Shown here: piece by piece, positions 20,673 to 29,317 of the stretch | Layout of the letters: the number at the start of each line of letters is the position of its first letter | How positions within the stretch are numbered: the stretch's first letter is position 1 | Source: a virus | Lineage: Duplodnaviria; Heunggongvirae; Uroviricota; Caudoviricetes | Direction: 5' to 3' (one strand) | Virus record (IMG/VR): IMGVR_UViG_3300026549_000033 | Location: 131,222 to 195,221 of that record | Length of the DNA stretch: 64,000 bases | The notes under the pieces: generated by a model | The model's input: only the letters and a program-made list of their open reading frames with translations | Databases searched by the model: none | Told to the model about the DNA's origin: nothing | Program-made: the position numbers and the translations under genes

Positions 20673-21125
20673 AACCTGCACACTCCAAGTAGGTAACTTT
20701 ACTACTTCTCCTGAAGCCTTCATTCTTAAGAAAAATGTCATGTAAATTACCCCTTGCTCAAAATCCACGTCAACGTCAGCCTTTACTATTTCAGCCCTTG
20801 TTTCAAAAACTTCAACTCTTTCTTTAACGTAATTATATATTCCGTCAACAGTTTGTGAGTTTAACGGGTACTGAGAAAACCTTTTTATATTTAATCCGTA
20901 CTGTCTAAAGTTAGGAATTTCCCCCTCTTCAGTAGTTATCATTCGCCAAACACCCTGAACAATTGTTTTAGTATCATAAAGCATGACTGCTGTAGAAGAA
21001 GAAACAAAAGGGTCCCGCACATTCAAATCTGAAAATACGTAAACCATTTGAGTATTGTTCTTATTTGTTGCAATCTCTTGAACTTTGGAGTGCTGCTTTA
21101 TAATTTGGTCTGTTATTGAACTCAT
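20661..21125 (-). CDS. Baseplate protein, T4 gp25/GPW-like
   Basis: MITTEEGEIPNFRQYG...FETRAEI matches the T.xGE...P.YG...EPR pattern. Confidence 0.8.
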   Translation of the reverse strand: MSSITDQIIKQHSKVQEIATNKNNTQMVYVFSDLNVRDPFVSSSTAVMLYDTKTIVQGVWRMITTEEGEIPNFRQYGLNIKRFSQYPLNSQTVDGIYNYVKERVEVFETRAEIVKADVDVDFEQGVIYMTFFLRMKASGEVVKLPTWSVQVSTY

Positions 21126-21129
21126 GTAA

Positions 21130-21288
21130 TTAAAATTTAATCTTTATATTAAATTCCCATCTACCTGCTAATCCTTTTACGATAAACTCCCCTACACCTA
21201 TCCAAAATTTTTGCCACTTAGAAATTTTATCGTCCACTGTGTAAATTCCGTCTACCTTCTTATACTTTGCCTTATACTCCAAGTTCAT
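21130..21288 (-). CDS. 52-aa hypothetical protein (below ORF-track cutoff)
   Basis: MNLEYKAKYK...WEFNIKIKF fills the gap and overlaps the HNH gene end. Confidence 0.4.
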   Translation of the reverse strand: MNLEYKAKYKKVDGIYTVDDKISKWQKFWIGVGEFIVKGLAGRWEFNIKIKF

Positions 21289-21742
21289 TTGCTCTCTCCA
21301 AAGTCTTCAAAACTTGCGCAATATAGCTATTTCCTATAAATTTACCGACCCTTACATCAACAAATTGAGCAAGATACTTAATTATGCCCTCTGTTGTAAC
21401 CCAAGAAAATATAGAGTCACTCCCACGAGCGTTATTAAAATCTCTATCTGCTAACATGAAGTTTTCCGTTACACTTTTTCCACCTTTACTCGCAGGAATT
21501 ATATGATCTAAAGATACATTCTTTTTATTTAATTTATTCCCTGCAGCGTCAAATTTCACTGTTGGGAGCTTCCCCTTTCGAAATAAAGTTTTAAGCTCAT
21601 TTGAATATGTAAATGTGGGATTTTCTTTTTGTAAGGACGTATGGGCAGGAACCTGCATTCCAAAAGAAATAGGTTTTGTCTGTGTCACAAAGCTCCTTGG
21701 AGGTTCTACTCCAAAGGAAATTGGGTGTATACTTGAACTCAT
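21272..21742 (-). CDS. HNH endonuclease
   Basis: SLDHIIPASKGG...NFMLADRDFNNARG; N-terminal PISFG repeats. Confidence 0.8.
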   Translation of the reverse strand: MSSSIHPISFGVEPPRSFVTQTKPISFGMQVPAHTSLQKENPTFTYSNELKTLFRKGKLPTVKFDAAGNKLNKKNVSLDHIIPASKGGKSVTENFMLADRDFNNARGSDSIFSWVTTEGIIKYLAQFVDVRVGKFIGNSYIAQVLKTLERANELGV

Positions 21743-21780
21743 CTTTAACTCCTTATTTATTCAGTTTTACTATATAAAAG

Positions 21781-21806
21781 AAATGCAAGAGGGGTCTCTT
21801 GCATTT
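21781..21806 (-). terminator. Intrinsic terminator
   Basis: AAATGCAAGAG-4nt-CTCTTGCATTT hairpin, then T-rich on the minus strand. Confidence 0.6.
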
Positions 21807-21810
21807 CCAT

Positions 21811-22347
21811 TTAACTTTCTAAGTCAGGCAATAACTCCTTGTACGCGTCTGGGTCTCTTTTATTAGTTTTGTCAAAGAATCTATCCCATTGCGCTGCAGT
21901 GATAGTAACAGTATGACCTCCTATGGTAATAGGAACCCCGCTTAGCAAAGTAAATAATGCGTGTCTTCTATAAAAGTTCAAAGCATTCTTATAATTATTT
22001 ATTGCTATCTTCTTTTCAACGTCCGGAATTGGAAGGTTCTCTAAAATTCCATTAATTACTGGAAGGAGGTCGTCGCTGTTAGCTCCCCACGCTTTAATTG
22101 TGCTATCAAAAAAGTCAGAACGAGTCATTGACAAGAACTGAATTCTCTGTTGTTCTGCTGCTTCTTTCATAGCAATGTAAGCCTCATCGTCTTCGAAATA
22201 AAAATTTCCTTGAAATTCCACAATATTTCTTGTGGTCCGCTGAATAGGCAAATTAGCATACTGTGGCATGTATTTTAAAGTCCGCGTAACTTGAGCTTTC
22301 TTTACATTATAAGTAATTATTTTATTGTCTGATTCTACATAATACAT
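21811..22347 (-). CDS. Tail-fibre assembly chaperone-like protein
   Basis: Ends a fibre operon; LSMTRSDF...QWDRFF similar to 7824..8180. Confidence 0.45.
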   Translation of the reverse strand: MYYVESDNKIITYNVKKAQVTRTLKYMPQYANLPIQRTTRNIVEFQGNFYFEDDEAYIAMKEAAEQQRIQFLSMTRSDFFDSTIKAWGANSDDLLPVINGILENLPIPDVEKKIAINNYKNALNFYRRHALFTLLSGVPITIGGHTVTITAAQWDRFFDKTNKRDPDAYKELLPDLES

Positions 22348-22358
22348 TTTAATTTCCT

Positions 22359-23354
22359 TTATGAACCATAAGTTACTCTATTAGCTGCTGCATTTATAAA
22401 TATAAAGCTATTTGTAATTCCCGTAGCAGTATAAGATACCTCTACCACTTCACCCCTTAAGGCGGGACAAGCTATATACCCTGTACTTGTTGTTTCAGGT
22501 AAATATAAAGTTGTGGCGTAGTTAGAAGTTGTATTTACCATTTCTAATTTTGCATTTGCTATACCTGCAGTCTTATTAAATAAGAACCACCCATTAGTAG
22601 GAGCTGTATAAGTATCCCCTGAAGTAGGCGCGTCTAACACCTCATAGGTATTTGAAGGGAAACCATTACAACAAACTTCTGTATCCCCTACCAAAAGCTG
22701 CCCTACGTCTTTTAACAAATATATGGTATCATCTTGCATATCCCCTTCAAGGTATAATGTTTCATATTCAGTCTCCTCGCCAACCCATAAATTCCTAACA
22801 ACAGGGTTAGCCTCATTTGAATCTGCAATCCCAAAAACCCTAATCTGAGAATCTGCATTATTTTTAATTGTTTCGTCGTCAATCTTAATTACTCCATAAT
22901 CGTCACTTGTTGCTGCGTCGTTCTTAGTAACATACTCATGAGTATTCAAATAAGTATTTAATGACGAAACCGTAACATAACCTCGAGCCTCTAAATACGT
23001 CCTAATAAAAGTTTCCATTAAGCTCTGTGAAAGAACTGCATTCCAACCATAAGGGTCGTCAGATTCTCCACTAACCTTATAATACACAGTAGAAGTCAAA
23101 GTATCAACATAGGTAGAACCTATTGGAGCTGCTACAACACCTTCAGGAGAACCACTCCCCATATAAGGAGTAATTCTATCTTTAGCTCTGTTAGGGATAG
23201 TAACCGTAATTAATTGGTTATTATCGTCGTACATTTTTAAGTCCACATCCATAGGATTCGGATTTAAAAATATATCGTAAAATACCGCTGCCATATCTAC
23301 GGTGTTCGTTAATAACTCTGCTAAATTTTCTGCTACTATTTGTATATCTGCCAT
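22359..23354 (-). CDS. Tail fibre, paralogue 1 of a three-member family
   Basis: Shared N-terminal FYDIFLNPNPMDV...IPNRAK...GSGSPEGVV; C-terminal YTAPTNGW. Confidence 0.7.
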   Translation of the reverse strand: MADIQIVAENLAELLTNTVDMAAVFYDIFLNPNPMDVDLKMYDDNNQLITVTIPNRAKDRITPYMGSGSPEGVVAAPIGSTYVDTLTSTVYYKVSGESDDPYGWNAVLSQSLMETFIRTYLEARGYVTVSSLNTYLNTHEYVTKNDAATSDDYGVIKIDDETIKNNADSQIRVFGIADSNEANPVVRNLWVGEETEYETLYLEGDMQDDTIYLLKDVGQLLVGDTEVCCNGFPSNTYEVLDAPTSGDTYTAPTNGWFLFNKTAGIANAKLEMVNTTSNYATTLYLPETTSTGYIACPALRGEVVEVSYTATGITNSFIFINAAANRVTYGS

Positions 23355-23364
23355 TTTCTGTTTC

Positions 23365-24489
23365 CTAATATTTTATAATTGGTATCATTATTCCATGATC
23401 TACTTCGTTTTTACCTGCTCCGCCATTAGATATAGTTATATCAATACTATGCTGGTGAGGTGTTGAACTTGTAGAACCTGTCCAAGACCTAGAAGCTGCA
23501 AAAGAGATATTATGCTTCTGCCCATTATTGTTTCTGTTACCATGCCATTCAGAACCACCTGAAACCCAAAAGGCACCCCCAGCTTTATCGTGACCGCTAA
23601 ACCAACCTGTAATTTCCATCGTACCTCTTGTGTGAGTGTGAGCCCCGTCTTTCGCTGTAGCACCTGTAATATGATGACTGTGCTCTCCAACGTGCCCGTC
23701 TATGAACTGCCCCACGTCTGCAGGTAAACCACCCTTTATATATCTATCTATTAAATTTGGAACACCGAAAGTTGTAACACCATCCCCACCGTAACGATTC
23801 CCTAATTTATTACAAAGGCGAGTTAACTCGGGTCTAATAGAAATATCATAAATAGTGTCGTCGCAAACTAACCACCCGTCAGGGATTATCGGAGTAGGGC
23901 AAAACATTATTAAGCCTGTAAAAGAACTTGGAGCCAAATAATCTTCGTCTACAACTGCTGCTGTAAATGGAGCCATGCCATTGCCCTTAACCATGCCACT
24001 TATAGCAGAAGTGCCTGTACCCCCTCTTGCTACAGCTAATACACCTGAAGTTATATTATTTGCACTTAAATTTTGAACCTGAGAACCATCACCTGAAGGA
24101 GAAATATAGTCTACTCCTTCAATCAAATTTGCTGTAGACCAAATAAGTTGCCACCCGTAGCTGTCACTCCCTGTTGCTTTATAATAAATACTTCTGTTCG
24201 TAACATCAATATATAGAGCCCCTATTGAAGCAACTTGTACGCCATTAGGATTTCCAGCTCCTGAATATGCAGTAACCCTCATTTTCGCAACGTTTGGAAG
24301 AACTACAGTTACTAAATTACCGTTTTCGTCATATCTTTCTAAATTCATGTCCATTGGGACAGGATTTAGAAACATATCGTAATACATTTCATTCTGGTTA
24401 TTTAAATTTGTAAATAATATAGATAGCAAATTAACTATGTCTTCCATAGTTCTTGCACTCTGTAACTTCTTATTTATATCATCTGCCAT
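23365..24489 (-). CDS. Tail fibre with tail-collar domain, paralogue 2
   Basis: PDGWLVCD...YGGDGVTTFGVPNL collar motif; HSH/HTH metal-binding repeats. Confidence 0.8.
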   Translation of the reverse strand: MADDINKKLQSARTMEDIVNLLSILFTNLNNQNEMYYDMFLNPVPMDMNLERYDENGNLVTVVLPNVAKMRVTAYSGAGNPNGVQVASIGALYIDVTNRSIYYKATGSDSYGWQLIWSTANLIEGVDYISPSGDGSQVQNLSANNITSGVLAVARGGTGTSAISGMVKGNGMAPFTAAVVDEDYLAPSSFTGLIMFCPTPIIPDGWLVCDDTIYDISIRPELTRLCNKLGNRYGGDGVTTFGVPNLIDRYIKGGLPADVGQFIDGHVGEHSHHITGATAKDGAHTHTRGTMEITGWFSGHDKAGGAFWVSGGSEWHGNRNNNGQKHNISFAASRSWTGSTSSTPHQHSIDITISNGGAGKNEVDHGIMIPIIKY

Positions 24490-24522
24490 CTGCTCTATTT
24501 TCCTCTGTATTAAAATTTAAAC

Positions 24523-24678
24523 TTATTCAACTTCCAACTTCATATTTTTTGTTATTATAAATTTCACAGGCTCTCTTTTCTCTGCTTTAAATTCCATTTT
24601 TAATGGAACTCTTTTCTTCGCTGTGAAATACATTCTTTCTGGTTCTTTTTTTCTATATTCAAAATGAGCTATATACAT
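24523..24678 (-). CDS. 51-aa basic hypothetical protein
   Basis: Intact small ORF MYIAHFEYRKKEP... between fibre genes. Confidence 0.4.
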   Translation of the reverse strand: MYIAHFEYRKKEPERMYFTAKKRVPLKMEFKAEKREPVKFIITKNMKLEVE

Positions 24679-24679
24679 C

Positions 24680-24973
24680 CTATACAACCTCGTTTTCTGC
24701 TATAAATGTCCAAGAACCCTCAAGGGTTAACTTCCTATTTTCTTCGTCGTATATTGCCAAATGACATTTATTTATATCCTTCAAATTAGAAGTCTGATAT
24801 GACTCCAAATTTACAGGAAATGGAAATATAGGATTATAGAAAGTCATTTTTGGTAAATTACCTATTCTTAATTCTGCCTTTGTTACAATCCAATCTTCAG
24901 GAATATCCGCTTCTACTAAAACCCATTCCTGTCCAAAAGCATTAAAATCATCACCTTTATAATATTTTCCCAT
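24680..24973 (-). CDS. Hypothetical tail-associated protein
   Basis: TAATG-coupled to the upstream fibre; beta-rich. Confidence 0.5.
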   Translation of the reverse strand: MGKYYKGDDFNAFGQEWVLVEADIPEDWIVTKAELRIGNLPKMTFYNPIFPFPVNLESYQTSNLKDINKCHLAIYDEENRKLTLEGSWTFIAENEVV

Positions 24974-26478
24974 TATGCACTCCATCCATAAGCTACCCAG
25001 TCTGTTTCGACTGCATTATTCGCTGCAACTATTGAAAAAGAACCAGTGGATTTCGTAAAAGAAGTTGCATTAGCAGAAGGAACTAAAGTGTAATGCTCTG
25101 TTTTAAATTCTTTCAACAAAGGAACTACTCCACCACCAATTAAATAACCTCCTGCTTCCATCCATCCGTCTTTATATAGTCTGTACCAATTTTCTTCGTC
25201 TCCCCCGACTTCTACAACTACATGATAAATCTCTTCACTCTCCGTGGAAACTACTTTTACAGGATAATATGGCTCAAATGTTGCAACAAGCCCATTTGAG
25301 TCTGTGCTCCATCTACCTATTTCAGCCATAGGAATTTGAACCCAAACGTCCTCATTGTTAATGGTCGCTACAACATGATACGTATATTCTATAGGGTTAA
25401 ACCATACACCACCTGCAGTTACCTCAGGTTCTGCTACTTGACGAAAATAAGTATCTTCGGTAGGAGTTTTTACAATTCCGTTTGTATCATCGTAAAGAAT
25501 ATATCCCTCTTTATTAGCCAAAGTAGGAATTACCCCTGCTAAATTTTGATCTATAGTAATAATAGTATTATTTAAAGTATTATTAGCTGCTAAACCATTA
25601 GCACATAAAATTATAGTTCCATAAGGAAGAGTAAAGGAATTATCAGCTCCGCGATACATTATAGTAGTAGCTTCAAGTACACAGTCTCTTAATTTATTAA
25701 TTCCAAGAAATTTCGCCGAAGCTATACTCGTTATATTACTAAAATCCCTATCTGCAAAGTTAGAAGTGCTTGCTCCTACGAAAGTATATACAGCCTTTGC
25801 TGACGGATATTGTGTATCTGTACTCCCTGAAGTAATTGCTGTAATTTTATTTGTAACATTCTCTTTAGCCGTAAATCTTGCTTGTCCTTCAGCATTTAAA
25901 TTATTCAAGCTCGGATTAGCAAAGTGCGCCTCACCTATTGCTGTCAAATTATTTAAATCTTTATTAGCAAGGTTCTCTGTATTAGCTGATATTAAAACCC
26001 AACCTGTGTTACCCTCATCTTGAGCTTTAATATACAGAGCAGCGTTCACTTTATCAATATATAAAGTACCCTTATTAGCTATTACAACTGCTTCCGGGGA
26101 ACCTATACCCTCAATTAGCATATTACTTAATTCAGTATCAGTTACAAACTTTGTCCATCCAACACTTCCGTCTGAAAGAGCTTTAATATATAAATCCCCA
26201 TTTGCTAAATCTTGATAAATTACCCCTCTTCCAGCTTCTACTACCCCCTGAGGAGAACCACTCCCATTTAAAATATTAGACATGTCCTTTGCCCTATTAG
26301 GAATTGTATAAGTCTGCAAAATCCCTGCTTCGTCATACATTTGCAATGTTACGTCCATAGGAGTTGTATTATAAAATATATCATAAAACAATATTGCTAT
26401 ATTACTATAGTTAGTTGCTAACTTAGATAATATAGTTTCTATTTGTTCAAATGTAGGAACTGTTATTGCGTCTGCCAT
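24973..26478 (-). CDS. Tail fibre, paralogue 3
   Basis: Same N-terminal module; C-terminal WYRLYKDGWMEAGG fibre-tip motif. Confidence 0.75.
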   Translation of the reverse strand: MADAITVPTFEQIETILSKLATNYSNIAILFYDIFYNTTPMDVTLQMYDEAGILQTYTIPNRAKDMSNILNGSGSPQGVVEAGRGVIYQDLANGDLYIKALSDGSVGWTKFVTDTELSNMLIEGIGSPEAVVIANKGTLYIDKVNAALYIKAQDEGNTGWVLISANTENLANKDLNNLTAIGEAHFANPSLNNLNAEGQARFTAKENVTNKITAITSGSTDTQYPSAKAVYTFVGASTSNFADRDFSNITSIASAKFLGINKLRDCVLEATTIMYRGADNSFTLPYGTIILCANGLAANNTLNNTIITIDQNLAGVIPTLANKEGYILYDDTNGIVKTPTEDTYFRQVAEPEVTAGGVWFNPIEYTYHVVATINNEDVWVQIPMAEIGRWSTDSNGLVATFEPYYPVKVVSTESEEIYHVVVEVGGDEENWYRLYKDGWMEAGGYLIGGGVVPLLKEFKTEHYTLVPSANATSFTKSTGSFSIVAANNAVETDWVAYGWSA

Positions 26479-26518
26479 GCTATTTTCACTTTCTTTATTT
26501 ACAATTTAATTATTACCT

Positions 26519-27202
26519 TTACCTTTGAATTTGTTTCAATTCTCTGCTATTTTGCTTGCGTCTACGCCGAGCGTCAGCTAATTCGTCCTCAAGGCTTCGC
26601 TTTGCCGAAGCTCCCCCACGTACATTTGCTGCCATTAAGTCTGCTACTTGCTTTAATTTAGCAGGGGATACAATTTTATCCCTCATTTGCATATATTCTT
26701 GGCTATCATGAAGAATTTCACGAATGTCAGAGAAGTTTGTTCTTAACTCATTTGCAATATCACGAATACTCTGAGTTTCAATGTACATATCATATATTTT
26801 TCTTACTTCTGCTGCTGCCTTCAGATCTACCCTTAACTCCCCATTTTCGTCAGTATAATATCCATAAGGAAGGTTCCTTGTATCTTTCTTTTGCAATTCA
26901 TTATCCAAAATATCCATTAAAGTTACAAAATACCTATCTGCTAAATTTTCCAAGAACTCTTCAAGAGAAGCAGTGTTGAAAACTATAAATACATAATCCC
27001 TTATTTTTATCATACTTGTGGGGTACTTTTCCTCACTTGTATTCACAATTAAGCAAAATTTTGGTTTAGTTATTCTCTTAAATATATAATAGTAACCTTC
27101 CATATTTGGTTTATTAACAAAATATCCCTTCCCAAATTCTTTATATGAGGAAGGATTAAATAAGTTTAATAAATTTTCTGCTAAATCATTCTGCTTTTGC
27201 AT
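26519..27202 (-). CDS. Protein with a serine-recombinase-type DNA-binding (recombinase) domain, no catalytic domain visible
   Basis: PYGY...VRKIYDMY...SIRDIANEL...IREIL; no YxRVS motif. Confidence 0.55.
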   Translation of the reverse strand: MQKQNDLAENLLNLFNPSSYKEFGKGYFVNKPNMEGYYYIFKRITKPKFCLIVNTSEEKYPTSMIKIRDYVFIVFNTASLEEFLENLADRYFVTLMDILDNELQKKDTRNLPYGYYTDENGELRVDLKAAAEVRKIYDMYIETQSIRDIANELRTNFSDIREILHDSQEYMQMRDKIVSPAKLKQVADLMAANVRGGASAKRSLEDELADARRRRKQNSRELKQIQR

Positions 27203-27225
27203 TTAACTTTTTCCGCTCTTTCTTC

Positions 27226-27257
27226 AAAATTTAATTGCAAACTTATAATTAAATTTT
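27226..27257. promoter_or_regulatory. Divergent pair of late-promoter motifs
   Basis: AAAATTTAAT (minus, 27226-27235) and ATTAAATTTT (plus, 27248-27257) between divergent genes. Confidence 0.6.
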
Positions 27258-27293
27258 GAACTTAGGAAAAGAATTTTAAGAAAGAATTTAAAT

Positions 27294-29309
27294 ATGGCAG
27301 AAATTGTAAATAACGACAAATTGATTTTGATACTCACACAATATGGATTAGACAGAGTAGCAGAAGCAATGACTGACCCTTCTCTAAATCTAAATCTTAC
27401 CAAAATTAAATTTGGCAGTGGTAATAACTATGAATACTATACTCCCTCTGAATCTCAGACTTCCTTAAAAGGACCTTTAGGAGTTGAATTCTACATATAT
27501 AAAAAAGAATTATTAGAAGATAATCTTACAGTAAGCTTCTATACAATGCTTCCTGAAAATACAGGAGGTTTTGACATCAGAGAAGTGGGGCTATACGAAA
27601 CAGTTAATGACGAAGATAAATTATTCGCTATAGGAACTTGTCAACCCTTCGTAAAACCTACTACATCTGATAATTATTTCATAGCCATAGATTATTATAT
27701 CTTCCTAAAAGCAGCTAACTTTGCTTCAGTATATGATCAGATTGTTTTAGACTCAGAACATTCCTTAGTTACGGAACCTGACATGGAAGAAATGATGAGA
27801 ACATTCCTGTTCTCAAATGCCAACCTAATAAACCAAATAGGAAATAACTCCCGAATTATTGGTTATAATAGAGCAACTCAACTCTACGAAAGAATTGAAG
27901 AAGACAAAACCTCTTTTAGTTACATAACATTATATAAAAACTATGCGTCACTTTTAGGAATGTCCTCATTAAATAGCATATTTTCTTTTTGGGTATTCGA
28001 CTTTTCAAGAAGGTTACAATCTCAAAATGCTATAGTGGATTTGAGTCAGAATGCTAACTATTTATCCACTACAATTCCTGTATCTTCTTTAAATAGAGTG
28101 TACAATGGTTTCATGTCAATGTTTGATATGAAAGAAGCTAATTTTCTCTTAAGTTCAAATACACCGGTCCAATTATTTAATGATAGTAATAATTCTGATA
28201 TTCCATTTGTAATGGCTTTCGCTATTAATCCTTCTTCTACCAATACTGATAGAACTTTAATAGCAAAATCAGATTATTCTACAGGTTCTCATACATTTGA
28301 ATTTAGTGAATTAGCAAACGGAAGTCTCAGAGTTAAATTATTTACAGACGCTTCAAATTATTTAACTTTCACTTCGGATAGTAATGTTATTCCACAAGGG
28401 CCTCACGCAGCTGTGTTCTCTTACAACCCTGTTAAACAAGAATTTACTACATATATAAATTCAACAAAAGTTCCTTTTAATAAAGTTGAAACAGGAAATT
28501 ACGTTCACATGAAAGAGCTCCCGGGAACTTTATTTTACTTCTACTGTATTCCAACATATATAGGTTATGCTGACGCAAGCACCAACCCGTCAGTTATTTA
28601 TAATACCGATGGAACTCCATATGAAGGAGAAGAGTGGACTATTGCAAATTCTGTTCTTAATTATGAAGGAAATGCAGCGTCGTACTCCGCTTATGATGAC
28701 ATTCTCTTAGACCAACTATATGCTTGGGAGTATGACGACGGCGAAAACACTCATTATATTTATACTAAAGTTCCTCCTTCTACAGATGGTCAAACTCTTT
28801 CAGAACCGTGGGCTCCTCTATTCAATGACGACTATACTCCATATGTAGGTGACGACTTTATGGTAGTAGACGACCTTGTTATATACCGTAACGAGCACAA
28901 TATGACTTATAATGATACTCAAAATCCTCCAAGACTTACTTTATACGCATGGAAATATGAAGCTCCAAAAGCTGAAATTTTCGCAAATAAACCTTCCGCC
29001 CCAACTTCATTCTATGAATATACTGCGGAAAGAAATCTTTACACAGGATTTGATTGGACTACAAATAATGGAAAAGTATATTACTTGGGACAAGAAGCAA
29101 CCTATGACAGCGCCTTTGACGCAAATACTTTTTATCCAAATTTAACTTCTTACATAACAGACGCAAATGGAAATATTGCTCAACCAATAAATGCTGAAGT
29201 TGGTATAGTTTCCATTATTAAAGACGAATTGGAAGAAGAACGAGTACGAGCACTCTCTTTATTACTTTGTGCTACAACAGGGACAAACCCATACATTAGT
29301 GGCAGCTAG
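27294..29309 (+). CDS. Tail fibre with N-terminal baseplate-attachment (DUF3751-like) domain and LamG-like domain
   Basis: LTQYG...KFGSGN...GGFDIREVGLY...LFAIG. Confidence 0.75.
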   Translation: MAEIVNNDKLILILTQYGLDRVAEAMTDPSLNLNLTKIKFGSGNNYEYYTPSESQTSLKGPLGVEFYIYKKELLEDNLTVSFYTMLPENTGGFDIREVGLYETVNDEDKLFAIGTCQPFVKPTTSDNYFIAIDYYIFLKAANFASVYDQIVLDSEHSLVTEPDMEEMMRTFLFSNANLINQIGNNSRIIGYNRATQLYERIEEDKTSFSYITLYKNYASLLGMSSLNSIFSFWVFDFSRRLQSQNAIVDLSQNANYLSTTIPVSSLNRVYNGFMSMFDMKEANFLLSSNTPVQLFNDSNNSDIPFVMAFAINPSSTNTDRTLIAKSDYSTGSHTFEFSELANGSLRVKLFTDASNYLTFTSDSNVIPQGPHAAVFSYNPVKQEFTTYINSTKVPFNKVETGNYVHMKELPGTLFYFYCIPTYIGYADASTNPSVIYNTDGTPYEGEEWTIANSVLNYEGNAASYSAYDDILLDQLYAWEYDDGENTHYIYTKVPPSTDGQTLSEPWAPLFNDDYTPYVGDDFMVVDDLVIYRNEHNMTYNDTQNPPRLTLYAWKYEAPKAEIFANKPSAPTSFYEYTAERNLYTGFDWTTNNGKVYYLGQEATYDSAFDANTFYPNLTSYITDANGNIAQPINAEVGIVSIIKDELEEERVRALSLLLCATTGTNPYISGS

Positions 29310-29317
29310 GAGATTAC

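Noticed and set aside
24523-24678. Suspected frameshift in the small inter-fibre ORF
   Set aside because: Recounting the T5 run at 24597-24601 shows the frame is intact
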